A DNA stretch of 64,000 nucleotides from Bdellovibrionota bacterium (lineage in GTDB: Bacteria; Bdellovibrionota_C; UBA2361; JBIKUX01): positions 64,001-128,000 of the forward strand of contig JBIKUX010000001.1 of the NCBI GenBank assembly GCA_044347345.1, written 5' to 3'. The notes beneath the pieces are model-generated. The model was given only the letters and a program-made list of their open reading frames with translations, had not been told where the DNA came from and ran no database searches. The position numbers and the translations under genes are program-made. Shown here piece by piece: positions 51,320-62,087 of the stretch; the stretch's first letter is position 1; each line of letters starts with the position of its first letter.

Positions 51320-52408
51320 CTAACCTAAATTTTCCCGAAAACTGCCGCGACTACGCACTTGTCTGGCATTATACCGCTCTACAACTATAGTATCACCGTC
51401 TACTCTCGCTATCTCAGGTTCTTTAACACGACGTCGCTTACTAAAAAAATAACTAAAACCCTCCCCAAGACCACGAGTAATTACAGTCCCAATTCGTAAT
51501 TGAGTTGGTTCCAAATGATGAGCAAAGATAATTCGCCCACCTCCGCTCTCATCAAAAGCTCCAGCATGAGCTACTCCACGCAAAGCTCCCAGGACTATTA
51601 TATCGCCACCAGCAACTACATCCGCGCCAGAATTGACATCGCCTAAAATAATTAGTGAATGCTCAGTTTCAATTCTTTGTCCTGATCTTAAAGTAGCAAA
51701 AACTACTCTAGCATCAGGTTCATCCCACAACTCTGATTCATTACCTACACCAAATTTAAGCCCAATGCCTCTACTACTACTATCGCCTAGAGAACTGCTA
51801 CTAGCTCTTTCACCTACCGCAGGCTTTTGCTCCGAATTACCGCGCACAAATCCAAACATATGACCGACCCCATCAAAAATAGTCCGAGTGGAGCCGCCTG
51901 AGTTAGAAGCGCCTTCTATCTCTTGATTTGGTAGCTCTTCTACCAAAGAATCGCGACGCCTTGGAGTCAAAACCTCGAGAGTTACTTTACGAGATGTAAC
52001 CATTCCGGATGAATTTATTGATCTTAGAGCAGAGCTTTCTGAGAAATTAGATTCTGCGCTAGTTATGTCTCTAGGGAGTAGTTTCTTCTCTTCGGTTGTA
52101 TTACTAACGGCATGACGGAATCGCACTGTTTCGACAATTATACGATACTCTTCTTCGAGCAGATTAGAAAAATGTTCTGCTAATTCCGGCGAAGCCTCCT
52201 TACCTAACCACTCAATCGTTACTCGCTGACCTTCAAGAAAACCCCTTCTAACGGCCATAAACTCCCGTAAGGCGTCCTCTAATGTCTTGGTGTCACGACG
52301 CCCATCCAAACGGAGGACAAGCCCTTCTGTGGTACCCCTTGCGCTTACTACCGATTGGTAATCACGAATGGTCTCTTTTGAGTCCTTCAAGATAGATTCC
52401 TTATTCAC
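51320..52408 (-). CDS. minC: Septum site-determining protein MinC with long linker
   Basis: TLRSGQ, GDVNSGA.VVAGGDIIVLGALRG.AHAG, QLRIG, PEIA. Confidence 0.92.
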   Translation of the reverse strand: MNKESILKDSKETIRDYQSVVSARGTTEGLVLRLDGRRDTKTLEDALREFMAVRRGFLEGQRVTIEWLGKEASPELAEHFSNLLEEEYRIIVETVRFRHAVSNTTEEKKLLPRDITSAESNFSESSALRSINSSGMVTSRKVTLEVLTPRRRDSLVEELPNQEIEGASNSGGSTRTIFDGVGHMFGFVRGNSEQKPAVGERASSSSLGDSSSRGIGLKFGVGNESELWDEPDARVVFATLRSGQRIETEHSLIILGDVNSGADVVAGGDIIVLGALRGVAHAGAFDESGGGRIIFAHHLEPTQLRIGTVITRGLGEGFSYFFSKRRRVKEPEIARVDGDTIVVERYNARQVRSRGSFRENLG

Positions 52409-52710
52409 GATAAAACTTTTTTAACCTGTACTTCACCTTTACTTTTTTTTAAGCCTGCTGGTTACTATCTAACTCGAGCTAGTGCCCAACTTAGTCAGAT
52501 AAGAAAATCAGTCTGTATTTGAGTTGGTTTTGTAAACCCTATTTAAAACTTAAACTTTAAGTTGCTTATACCAAACGGACAGCGCATGGGTCAACGGGAT
52601 AATTTTAATCTATGTTAGACTAAGAAAACGCGAAGACTACCGTTGTCCCGCCTTTAGTGAGCTTTAACCAATCCAAATAAGTCTTGGTTTAACTTTTTTA
52701 GGACGTTGTC

Positions 52711-53220
52711 ATGCACCAAACAAGAGTAAAGATATCCTCTCAACTAGCAAAAACTGTGATGAGCATCTGCTATCTCGGATATTTTACTCGAGCACCTGGT
52801 ACTGTTGGATCACTAATCACAGTAATTTTTTGGCTGGGATTGTCTCATTATTGTTATTTTATTGACACCAAGCTCCTCTCTGGGCTCATGGTACTTACGG
52901 GCATAGTACTTGGATGGCTATCGTTAAACATTTACTTCCGCGAGAAGCATGATACTACGGAAAATAATTGGAACGACCCAAGCTGGGTGATAATCGATGA
53001 GTGGGTCGGAATGAGCATAGCCTTGCTTCCCTTAAGTGGAGCTTACTTTGTTGATTCAGCTATAGTGTTTTTTCTATTTAGAGTCTTCGATATATGGAAA
53101 CCAGGATTTATAAAAAACGTACAAGATATTCCAGGAGCCATTGGGGTATTACTTGATGACGTGCTAGCTGGTATCTTAGCTGCGATAATCTACTGGTGCT
53201 TCAAGTTAATTTTAATATGA
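52711..53220 (+). CDS. pgpA: Phosphatidylglycerophosphatase A
   Basis: APGTVGS, DPSWVIIDEWVG, FRVFDIWKP, LDDVLAG. Confidence 0.93.
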   Translation: MHQTRVKISSQLAKTVMSICYLGYFTRAPGTVGSLITVIFWLGLSHYCYFIDTKLLSGLMVLTGIVLGWLSLNIYFREKHDTTENNWNDPSWVIIDEWVGMSIALLPLSGAYFVDSAIVFFLFRVFDIWKPGFIKNVQDIPGAIGVLLDDVLAGILAAIIYWCFKLILI

Positions 53221-54428
53221 TTAATCTAAAGTTTTATTTTTCCCTGTTTAGTTCAAAGAACTCTCAAGCTATCCTCTCTTATTTGATTATTTTTACACTA
53301 ATGTCCTCGACGATTTCAGCACAGGACTCCTCTTTTACTGAACCTGTTTTACCAAGTGTCATTGATTTATCTTCGCAGAAAAAAACAGATAAACCTTTGC
53401 AGGAAAAACCTCTCAAGAAATTAACTGCGTCACCCTCACCACTAGTATCTTCATTAATAGATTCCGGAATTATTCAAACAAGTTTCACTCTCAGCGCTCC
53501 ACCTTCAGCTACATTCGATATTTCTGGTCGAATCGCTTTTACGGCAAAAGTTAAAGATACTGAGGGTATTTTCGTGCTCGATCTCGATTCAAATACTTTT
53601 TCACCATTAATTCTCGGACCTGGTAACAACCGCTACCCAACAATTTCTCCAGATGGAAAATACATCGCCTTTGTATCCGACCGCGATGGTAACAGCGAAA
53701 TATATGTTACACGCTGGGATGGCACTTCTGTAACAAGGATTACAAAAAACTCAACTGAAGATACAGACCCAACTTGGCTTCCTCGTACTTCTGCTATCCT
53801 GTTCTCGCGAATAGCAGGTAAAGAGCCAAATATTACTACTGAACTACGAATAGCCTCACTTGTAGACAATAATCAGCAATTGACCAGCAATGAAGTCTTA
53901 CTATGCAATCTTAAAGGCCGTAATGTGAACGCGGCATGGACTCCAATTAAAGATATGGTGACCTATTCATCAAATCGTTTCTGGCCTGGTTGGGATATTT
54001 GTGGATGGCAAATTGCATCTAAAAGTGAACGATGCTTTTTTGGAGGAGATGAATCTTTCGGCAGAGCTAAATGGTCTCCTGACGGTCTTCAATTAGTCTT
54101 TTCACATGGTGATGGAAGAAATATGAATTTAGGTCTATCACTGCTCGGCAAAAAATCTTTTTCCGATATAACAACATCGGCAGGAAACGAATATGACCCC
54201 GAATGGTCACCAAACGGAGAGTATTTAATTTTCGTAGCGGACGGAGCGACTCAAATATATCAGCCCTATATTTTGAAACTTGAAGACCGCTCCTACAAGC
54301 AACTTTTCAAAAGCCTTTTTTCAATTCGCTATCTTTCTTGGTCACCACATAAAACTACAGATCTTGAGATTGACAGAATTTCTCAGATGGAAAACTCCAA
54401 GGTTACTGAAGAAAATGACCTTAACTAA
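53217..54428 (+). CDS. TolB-like PD40 beta-propeller protein
   Basis: SPDGKYIAFVSDRDGNSEIY, WSPDG, PEWSPNG repeats; signal-like N-terminus; no Pal or TolQR adjacent. Confidence 0.8.
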   Translation: MINLKFYFSLFSSKNSQAILSYLIIFTLMSSTISAQDSSFTEPVLPSVIDLSSQKKTDKPLQEKPLKKLTASPSPLVSSLIDSGIIQTSFTLSAPPSATFDISGRIAFTAKVKDTEGIFVLDLDSNTFSPLILGPGNNRYPTISPDGKYIAFVSDRDGNSEIYVTRWDGTSVTRITKNSTEDTDPTWLPRTSAILFSRIAGKEPNITTELRIASLVDNNQQLTSNEVLLCNLKGRNVNAAWTPIKDMVTYSSNRFWPGWDICGWQIASKSERCFFGGDESFGRAKWSPDGLQLVFSHGDGRNMNLGLSLLGKKSFSDITTSAGNEYDPEWSPNGEYLIFVADGATQIYQPYILKLEDRSYKQLFKSLFSIRYLSWSPHKTTDLEIDRISQMENSKVTEENDLN

Positions 54429-55563
54429 ATTGACTTATAATAAGCGATTTCTATCTACGCTAATTTTTTTTACCATTACTTCGAGTATATTTTCAGCCGG
54501 ATGTAACCCACTATACGTAGCTCGAGCTGGGATGAACGGTGCTTTATTTATTCTTCGGCGACAACCGATTGATACCGTTATAACCAACCCATCTACTCCG
54601 GTAGAAATTCAAAGAAAACTTAATCTAATAAAAGCAGCCCGCCATTACGCTATATCAAGGGGTCTTACTCCTTATGGCTCTTTTACCTATTACACAGAAG
54701 TGAAAGGTGATGCCGTTAGCTGGTTAGTGACAGCAGTAAAAAAAGGTTCCTTTGTCCCCAAAACTTGGTGGTTTCCATTCGTAGGAACAGTGCCCTACAA
54801 AGGGTTTTTCTCAAAAAATGAGGCAGATCATGCAAGTAACTCCTTAATTGCAGATAACTACGATACGAATGTCCGTGTTGTTGAGGCCTACAGCACACTC
54901 GGTTGGTTTGATGACCCAGTGCCTTCATTACTATTAAAACGCTCAGATATTCAGTTAGTCGAAAACGTAATTCACGAAATAGTCCACTCAACCGTGTGGA
55001 TTCCTAATCAAGTTTCTGTCAATGAAAGCCTTGCGCAGTATATTGCTTTACGAGAAACAATCCGATTTTTTCTCGATTCTTCTCATGAGTTTTATTCTAT
55101 TAATACTGCCGATACTGCTAAAAACAGTAGTGAAAAATACATTCTTTCTGCTAAGCGATTCGAACAACTTTTTCGACAATTATTGGCTCTTTATGAAAAA
55201 CAAGAAATAAGTGCCCAAAAAAAAGAGGAAATACAAAAAGAATTATATCAACAAACAATAAATGATGTTCGTACCTTTGCGCCACAGTTTGTGTTTGTTG
55301 AAGCTCCGAATAATGCAGCTTTACTGGATGTAATACTTTATCTGCAAGGATATGACCTTTGGTCAAAAATGTATGATAAGTATGATGGTGAAATACCTAA
55401 AATTATGAGCAAAGTGCAGTCATTTGCAGTAAAATACACCGAATACCTAGAGCATCTGAAAGAGTTTAATTTTAAGTCTAAATCCAAACATAATAATGTA
55501 ACGGGCGATGAGAGTACCGCTACTCCTCAGCTTATCGATTTTATCCGACAAAAATTAACCTAA
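54415..55563 (+). CDS. Putative zinc aminopeptidase lipoprotein
   Basis: Lipobox FSAGC, WWFPFVGTVPYKGFF, AYSTLGWFDDP, HEIVH (HExxH), NESLA. Confidence 0.85.
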   Translation: MTLTKLTYNKRFLSTLIFFTITSSIFSAGCNPLYVARAGMNGALFILRRQPIDTVITNPSTPVEIQRKLNLIKAARHYAISRGLTPYGSFTYYTEVKGDAVSWLVTAVKKGSFVPKTWWFPFVGTVPYKGFFSKNEADHASNSLIADNYDTNVRVVEAYSTLGWFDDPVPSLLLKRSDIQLVENVIHEIVHSTVWIPNQVSVNESLAQYIALRETIRFFLDSSHEFYSINTADTAKNSSEKYILSAKRFEQLFRQLLALYEKQEISAQKKEEIQKELYQQTINDVRTFAPQFVFVEAPNNAALLDVILYLQGYDLWSKMYDKYDGEIPKIMSKVQSFAVKYTEYLEHLKEFNFKSKSKHNNVTGDESTATPQLIDFIRQKLT

Positions 55564-55620
55564 TTATTTTTTTGAGCCTTCTTTTCTTCTGATAATTCGA
55601 GGTGTAATAGTCTTGACTAT

Positions 55621-56661
55621 ATGTTAATAAAAAAATTTAATTCTCAAATCTCATCACCCTCTTACCACTTTGCGGACTATTTACTAAAACGAGTGAAGAA
55701 ACATAAGTCAGTCTTAGTTGTCGGTCTTGATCCTCAAATAGAGGAAATACCAGATTTATTGCATGATAAGGCTCAAAAAAACTCTCTAACCGATGAAGAT
55801 TTCATACATAATCTTCTGACAGATTATTATCGCGGTGTTTTAATTCAAATAGCAGAGAGCATTCTAGCCATAAAGCCCAATATAGCCTTCTTTGAACAAT
55901 TTGGCATAGGTGGCTTGCGAGCTTTTGCTACTGTGATAAGTATCGCGAAAGAGTTAAAAGTCCCTATCATTGCTGATATAAAACGCGGAGATATAGGTTC
56001 TACCGCCACAGCTTATGCAAATGCATATTTGCCAGCGCGCCGAAGTTACCGTAATTCTCTCAATGAATTTGCTGTAGATGCCATTACCATTTCACCGTTT
56101 CTTGGACTTGATTCGTTGAGTCCGATCATTTCAGTAGCAAAAGATCATGGCAAAGGAGTGTTTATTTTAGTAAAGACCTCCAATGAGGGTAGTAAAGACC
56201 TACAAGATAAAATTCTAAGTGATGCCCAAATTAGTGTGTCACAACAAGTTGCTGAATGGATCACTTCTCTAGGTGAAGGGTCTCACGGAGAATCAGGTTA
56301 TTCTCTTCTTGGAGCAGTTGTTGGAGCGACTTTTCCAGAACATCTTGCGTTTTTCCGTTCTCTCCTGACATCCGAATTATTCTTAATTCCTGGAGTAGGA
56401 AGTCAAGGTGGTGCTGTTCAAGATATCGCTCCTGCTTTTTCTACGAGCTCTAATTGTTTAGGACCTGGAGCCGTAGTAAATGTCTCCCGCGGTATCTTTA
56501 AAGATGCTTTCATGAAAGTATACAGACAAAATCATCGAGACTTTTCGAGCGAACAACTTAACTGTAAAAATGACCAATTTAAACAATGGAATAATGAAAT
56601 TATTAATTTAGTGCGCTCATTTAACCAATCACTTCAAAGTGTAATATCTTCACAGGACTGA
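55621..56661 (+). CDS. pyrF: Orotidine 5'-phosphate decarboxylase
   Basis: VGLDP, KPNIAFFE, DIKRGDIGST, GAVVGAT, LIPGVGSQGG. Confidence 0.95.
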   Translation: MLIKKFNSQISSPSYHFADYLLKRVKKHKSVLVVGLDPQIEEIPDLLHDKAQKNSLTDEDFIHNLLTDYYRGVLIQIAESILAIKPNIAFFEQFGIGGLRAFATVISIAKELKVPIIADIKRGDIGSTATAYANAYLPARRSYRNSLNEFAVDAITISPFLGLDSLSPIISVAKDHGKGVFILVKTSNEGSKDLQDKILSDAQISVSQQVAEWITSLGEGSHGESGYSLLGAVVGATFPEHLAFFRSLLTSELFLIPGVGSQGGAVQDIAPAFSTSSNCLGPGAVVNVSRGIFKDAFMKVYRQNHRDFSSEQLNCKNDQFKQWNNEIINLVRSFNQSLQSVISSQD

Positions 56662-56663
56662 AT

Positions 56664-59117
56664 GTGACCTCACCTTTTCGATTACTCGCTGGAGAACTGC
56701 CTATCGGTTCACTTGTAATTTATGAGATTAATAGCGTACCAACTTTAGGCCGCGTCCTTAAACAAAAAGATGGAAAATGTACCATTTTAAATGAACGAGG
56801 CGAGGAATTATTACTTCCAATATCGCGTCTTACTTCATTTAAAGCCCCCCAAAAAGTCTTCCGATTTGAAGCGGCAACTGATAGCGATACAAAAATATCT
56901 TCAAAAATAGCAAAACAAAGCATTGCCGAAACTCTCAAAAAAATAGGAGAAAAAGTTACAGAGCATGCCTCTCAGATCAATTTACCTGAACTTTGGAGTT
57001 TAGTCAGCGAAGAACCTAATAATTACACCATTCACCAATTAGCAGAGCTTCTACCAACTCAAGATTCAGATCACTTTACAAATTTAGCTTCTGAGCTAGG
57101 AATCGATGCAGAGGATATTACATGCCTTCCTACCATCGCACTACACCTTGCTATTATAAAAGACCGTATTTATTTTCGGCGACAAGACCGCCACTTTATA
57201 CCCCGTTCAGAAACAGCGGTAGAAGAACTTAAAAAAGCTGAAGAAGCACTTAAACAGCGACAAGATAAAGAGGATGCTCTATTTGCTACTTTAGTAGCAT
57301 TAACTACAAATGAGGATAAGGCCTTTTTAGAAGAAATTCGCGCGTCATTACAAGTTAAAAACTTGATGAGGATGGCGGCGCAGATAGAAGATCCCGACCC
57401 GTCTCGTCGAAAAGAAACTAAATTATTTTTAGAAAGATTAGAAAAAGTCCTTCAAGACAAAAATCCTATTTTCGGCTCAGAAATTGAACGAACAGACTCA
57501 TTTCGGGCTCGTCTTGTGTTAGCAAAATTAGGACTTATATCAATTGATGAAAATCTTTTTTATCTTAAATCTAATGTCGAGGTTCCCTTCTCTTCAACAG
57601 TAGAGGTTTGGATCCCAAACATTATCGAAAGAACTCAAGCCTCGGTACGAAATGCTACTCGACCAATTACAGACCTTACTGGCGATTCAGGAGTATCTCA
57701 TTCTCTTCTAGGCGAAATAGATATCACTCTTATTTCTGGTAGAATTGCATTGTCGACACCATCAATAGTAACAATTGACGATCCAACAACTAACGATCGT
57801 GATGATGGTCTATCTTTAGAATTATTAAATTCTTCTGCCCATACCTATTTATGGAGGCTAGGTGTGCATATCTCTGATGTCGCATCAAGCATTGGCAGTG
57901 TTGGCTCATCTCAGAGTAACAATGATTCTTCAGATCCACTCGAATCATTGGCTTCAGAACGTCTAACTTCAGTTTACTGCTCTGATATAACTCGCCATAT
58001 GTTACCAAAAGACCTAGTAGAGAAAGCCTTCAGCTTAGACGAAGGAACTAAACGCCCAGCTCTTTCGCTTTTTATCACCTATAACGAAGACGTAGCAACT
58101 GGAGAATGCAGTATTGAAAATGTATCTTTTGCACAAACTGCCGTCAGTATACAAAAAAATTGGGGTTATGATGAAGTTGATCAAATAATAGAAAATTTCT
58201 CACCAGCGTTAGCGCTCATCAGCCTGACTCCAGCCCTTAGCCTAATTGAAACTGAGTCATCAACTGAAATCAAAGCCTCAGAGACTCCATCTGAAGCAGA
58301 TCATAATCTTTCATCTCTTCAATATTTCTCGGCACTTCACAGATTTGCTAAATGGTTTGAAACTCACCGAAGCAAGTCAGGTGCCCAAGAGTTTGATAAT
58401 CGTGATATCTCAGTAGTGTATTGTGAAAAAACGGATTCTCTGATTTTAACAGAGACCACAATGTCATCTCCATCCCGTCTCACTATTCGTGAACTCATGA
58501 TCTGTTATAACTGGTTGGTCGCCGAGGCAGCAAGCCGCACCAATACCTCTATTCCCTTTAGAACTCAATCACCGCCACAATCTTCTGCTAATGATTCTTT
58601 TGAAATACCTCTCTCTTCTGGGCCAGCGCGTGATTATTTAGCTAAAGGACGCCTAAATCGATCCTTGTGGGGGACTGAGGCAAAACCACATTTTTCTTTA
58701 GGCTTACCGTGTTACTGTCAAGCTACTTCTCCAATCAGGAGATACTACGACCTTTTAGCTCAGCAACAGATTCGTTCGCTTCTTAATCAAGAGTCTCCGC
58801 CTTATTCTAAAGATAGAATTGCAGAAAAACTGGAACAAAGCGCGCCGTATTTAATAGCCACGCAATTAGTAGCAAAAGATTCTAAGAGGTTTTGGATGTT
58901 ACGCTACTTGGCTCAAGAAAAGACTCGTAATAATAGCGTATTTGAAGGAGTAGTAGTTAGAGCCGACAATAGAGGAATCCTTGCTCTTATTCCTTCCATA
59001 CAACTTACTTGCCTTGTAAAAAATGTTTCTTCATTAAAACTGGGTGATTCAGTAAAGGTTAAACTAGTAAAAATCGATCCATACAATGACTTTATTAAAT
59101 GGCAATTGGTAGTTTAA
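56664..59117 (+). CDS. RNB-domain exoribonuclease (RNase II/R family)
   Basis: TIDDPTTNDRDDG, VHISDV, HFSLG...Y.QATSPIRRYYDL. Confidence 0.9.
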   Translation: MTSPFRLLAGELPIGSLVIYEINSVPTLGRVLKQKDGKCTILNERGEELLLPISRLTSFKAPQKVFRFEAATDSDTKISSKIAKQSIAETLKKIGEKVTEHASQINLPELWSLVSEEPNNYTIHQLAELLPTQDSDHFTNLASELGIDAEDITCLPTIALHLAIIKDRIYFRRQDRHFIPRSETAVEELKKAEEALKQRQDKEDALFATLVALTTNEDKAFLEEIRASLQVKNLMRMAAQIEDPDPSRRKETKLFLERLEKVLQDKNPIFGSEIERTDSFRARLVLAKLGLISIDENLFYLKSNVEVPFSSTVEVWIPNIIERTQASVRNATRPITDLTGDSGVSHSLLGEIDITLISGRIALSTPSIVTIDDPTTNDRDDGLSLELLNSSAHTYLWRLGVHISDVASSIGSVGSSQSNNDSSDPLESLASERLTSVYCSDITRHMLPKDLVEKAFSLDEGTKRPALSLFITYNEDVATGECSIENVSFAQTAVSIQKNWGYDEVDQIIENFSPALALISLTPALSLIETESSTEIKASETPSEADHNLSSLQYFSALHRFAKWFETHRSKSGAQEFDNRDISVVYCEKTDSLILTETTMSSPSRLTIRELMICYNWLVAEAASRTNTSIPFRTQSPPQSSANDSFEIPLSSGPARDYLAKGRLNRSLWGTEAKPHFSLGLPCYCQATSPIRRYYDLLAQQQIRSLLNQESPPYSKDRIAEKLEQSAPYLIATQLVAKDSKRFWMLRYLAQEKTRNNSVFEGVVVRADNRGILALIPSIQLTCLVKNVSSLKLGDSVKVKLVKIDPYNDFIKWQLVV

Positions 59118-60364
59118 TTAGTTAAAGGTGAGTAACTAGAAAATCTTCTTGCTACATCATCATCAGTCTGAGCAAACTCACTTTGACGAGCATATACCTC
59201 CTGCTCAGCTAGGGAATTAAGAGCTAACCCTTTTGTACCAAAGCGAGCTATAACTTGCTCATCTTTAACTACGGGTAACACATCTTTTATTGGCCCACTA
59301 CCAGGTAAAGACCTTTCCATAATGGGAACTAATCTACGACTAATATTTGATGCTTCGCAAAATTGTCTTAAAAATGAAAATGCAGCACGCTCAGGATAAG
59401 CATGCGCTGCAACAGGACTTAAAGATTTAGATACATTAGAACTGAAGCTCCACTTAATTGAAGACTTCGTTGAGCCATCGAGTACTAAGTAAGATATCTT
59501 AGGAGTTTTATATGCTATCTTTTTTATAAAATAACCATGATTAATTAAGTCACTATTTCGTTTAAAAAGAAACGAATCTATATCCACTTTATAAAATTCA
59601 TCTCTAATTAATGGTTTAATCATTTGAACTTCAATTAAGCTCTCTTTAAGTAAACATTGATCAGAGCTATCAATTATAACGAAATTGTGTCGATCCCTAA
59701 AAACTAATAAGCCGACCTTTGGATTATCAACCTTTACTATGTACCGCTCACATGCGTACCATCCATTCGATTTATTTGTAATTTTTGGAATTGTCTCTGT
59801 CGCATCAACTACTACACTTGTAATTACATGTAACTGCTTACCACTTGCAGCTTGCTCTAACTGAAGATTTACGCGACCATCCGCCGCTAAACTAGAGCTT
59901 ATAGGTCGGACGTAGTTCATGACTACTGCACCCTCATCGCGAGCCGATACAATCTGCTCCATCACTAACCTAGGAGCATTCCACCAAGGTAGAGTAACTG
60001 TTTTATGAAACCATGAGTTATCTAAACAAGTGACTGAAGTATGACCAACTAGATGAGGAGCTGAAATACTCCTCGTAGTAAACAGTGTGTCTTTTTTTAA
60101 CCTTCGCCACCAAGGCTTAACTAATTCAAGGGGATTTATTCCCACATGCCCACTTAAAGGCGTATCAAGAAAATCATTTTGAGAGATGAGAAGAGTTGAA
60201 AAAGAATTGAGCGCTGACGTCCGAGCAACGAGTGCCCCTAGAAGTCCTCCTCCAATCACAACAACATCATAAAAGTCAGGATTAGTGCCTTTGGATATGT
60301 AAGACTTATTTAATGATTTAGTATCAAGGATCATAGATTGCGGCACAAACCGCTCAAAAGACAT
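59114..60364 (-). CDS. Degenerate GlpD-like FAD-binding protein
   Basis: YDVVVIGGGLLG...QNDF, APHLV, PRLV...A...GAVVMNY, LPG, E.A...DDV..R follow the GlpD layout. Confidence 0.6.
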   Translation of the reverse strand: MSFERFVPQSMILDTKSLNKSYISKGTNPDFYDVVVIGGGLLGALVARTSALNSFSTLLISQNDFLDTPLSGHVGINPLELVKPWWRRLKKDTLFTTRSISAPHLVGHTSVTCLDNSWFHKTVTLPWWNAPRLVMEQIVSARDEGAVVMNYVRPISSSLAADGRVNLQLEQAASGKQLHVITSVVVDATETIPKITNKSNGWYACERYIVKVDNPKVGLLVFRDRHNFVIIDSSDQCLLKESLIEVQMIKPLIRDEFYKVDIDSFLFKRNSDLINHGYFIKKIAYKTPKISYLVLDGSTKSSIKWSFSSNVSKSLSPVAAHAYPERAAFSFLRQFCEASNISRRLVPIMERSLPGSGPIKDVLPVVKDEQVIARFGTKGLALNSLAEQEVYARQSEFAQTDDDVARRFSSYSPLTN

Positions 60365-60408
60365 TTATCCACTCCTCCCTTTGATACAATCCACTAAACA
60401 CTTTAACT

Positions 60409-60774
60409 TTACTGATTAGCTGGATCTCTATTTACCGAAACCACACGCCCTTTAGAGGTTATAATCTTCCACATTCCTGGTTTTATATTGGCAAACTTTA
60501 TAATTCTTCCACTACCTAATCCCTTAATTTGTGATTCCACAGCATCAAGACGGTCAAGAGTTGCTACTGTATTACCATCATTAGTTTCTTGTGATTCAGA
60601 CAAAACAACCACGATATTAGCCGGCGCAGATACTGAAGCTATAAGACGCACTAAACCAGTTTCATCAACAATTCTTAATTCATCAGCAAAACACTTAGCC
60701 TCAAATATTAGATTCATAAACTGGAAAATAAGACAAAAAATATAAAAAAAATGAAAGAATTCCCTTTTAAGCAT
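60409..60774 (-). CDS. Small exported hypothetical protein (beta-sandwich-like)
   Basis: Signal peptide; G.IKFANIKPGMWKI pattern. Confidence 0.55.
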   Translation of the reverse strand: MLKREFFHFFYIFCLIFQFMNLIFEAKCFADELRIVDETGLVRLIASVSAPANIVVVLSESQETNDGNTVATLDRLDAVESQIKGLGSGRIIKFANIKPGMWKIITSKGRVVSVNRDPANQ

Positions 60775-60785
60775 CTTTTTATTTA

Positions 60786-62048
60786 TTAACCGTTTAGTGC
60801 ACCAATATCTCTTCGATAAAATGCTCCTCTAATCGTAAGTTTTTCGCAGGCAGAATAGGCACTTTTAAGGGCATCGCTTACTTGCTTACCTTGAGCACTA
60901 ATGTTGAGAACTCGCCCTCCAGATGTTACTAAGCTATCGTCTCTTAACTTAGTACCAGCATGAAAAACAATTACGTCTTGAACCGACTCAGCTTCTTCTA
61001 ATCCATTTATGATATCACCGGTTACCAAAGCAGTTGCATCCGGATATCCTTGTGAAGCTACTACGACACAAACTGAAGAATTAGTACTCCAAATAACTGG
61101 AGAGGTAACCTTATCACCAGATGCAAGTGGTAAAACAATATCGATTAATGATGACTCTAGTCGAGTAAGAATAACCTGAGCTTCTGGATCTCCTAGTCTA
61201 GCATTAAACTCTATTACCTGAGGATTCTGTCCCTCCGGTACTATTAGCCCAGCGTAAAGAAAACCTCGGTAAATTATATTTCTGTTCCGTAATTCTCGTA
61301 ACATAGGAGCGATAATATAATCTCTAACATATTCTTCCTGCTGAGAAGAAAGATAGGGAGTTGGTGAAATTGCACCCATTCCCCCCGTATTTGATCCCTT
61401 ATTACCATCACCTACTCTCTTGTAATCATGGGAAGCTACCATCGGAACAATATCTTCTCCGTTAGTAGCAACTATGTAAGATGCTTCAACTCCCCTAATA
61501 AACTCTTCAACCAATACAATTTGAGCATTTAATTGATTGAATAAATACTCGACTCCGTGAAGTAACTCCTTATCCGTAAAACAAATAACGACTCCCTTAC
61601 CAGCAGCTAATCCATCCGCTTTCAGCACAACTGGGAAACCTGTCTCTTTGCCCTGAAAAATTGCAGCTTCTGGAGTGTTGACAATAATACTTCTTGGTGT
61701 CGGTACACCGGCTGCCCGCATAATATCCTTGGAAAAACTCTTTGATGCTTCGAGTAAAGCACCGTCTTTACCTGGACCAAAGGTCGCAATCTGTACATTC
61801 CTGAGGGCATCAGCTAATCCAAGAGATAACGGATATTCAGGACCAACAATAACAAGATCTATCTTTTTTAATGTAGCAAACTCTACAATTCCTGAAATGT
61901 CATCAATTTTTATCGGTATACACTCGGCTCGTTTTGCTATACCCGGATTACCAGGAGCACAATATAATTTATCTACTCGCGCATCACTCGAAATTTTCCA
62001 TATTAATGCGTGCTCACGGCCACCGTTTCCAATAATTAAAATTCGCAT
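60786..62048 (-). CDS. purD: Phosphoribosylamine--glycine ligase
   Basis: GNGGREHA, KADGLAAGKGV, NTGGMGA, EFNARLGDPE, GGRVL. Confidence 0.98.
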   Translation of the reverse strand: MRILIIGNGGREHALIWKISSDARVDKLYCAPGNPGIAKRAECIPIKIDDISGIVEFATLKKIDLVIVGPEYPLSLGLADALRNVQIATFGPGKDGALLEASKSFSKDIMRAAGVPTPRSIIVNTPEAAIFQGKETGFPVVLKADGLAAGKGVVICFTDKELLHGVEYLFNQLNAQIVLVEEFIRGVEASYIVATNGEDIVPMVASHDYKRVGDGNKGSNTGGMGAISPTPYLSSQQEEYVRDYIIAPMLRELRNRNIIYRGFLYAGLIVPEGQNPQVIEFNARLGDPEAQVILTRLESSLIDIVLPLASGDKVTSPVIWSTNSSVCVVVASQGYPDATALVTGDIINGLEEAESVQDVIVFHAGTKLRDDSLVTSGGRVLNISAQGKQVSDALKSAYSACEKLTIRGAFYRRDIGALNG

Positions 62049-62087
62049 AATCTAGGTCTCTAGTTGAGTTTACTATCTATAAATAAA

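Noticed and set aside
52409-52710. Possible ncRNA between minC and pgpA
   Set aside because: Only short partial complementarity (caacgg/ccgttg); no recognisable RNA family; adequately explained as divergent promoters.
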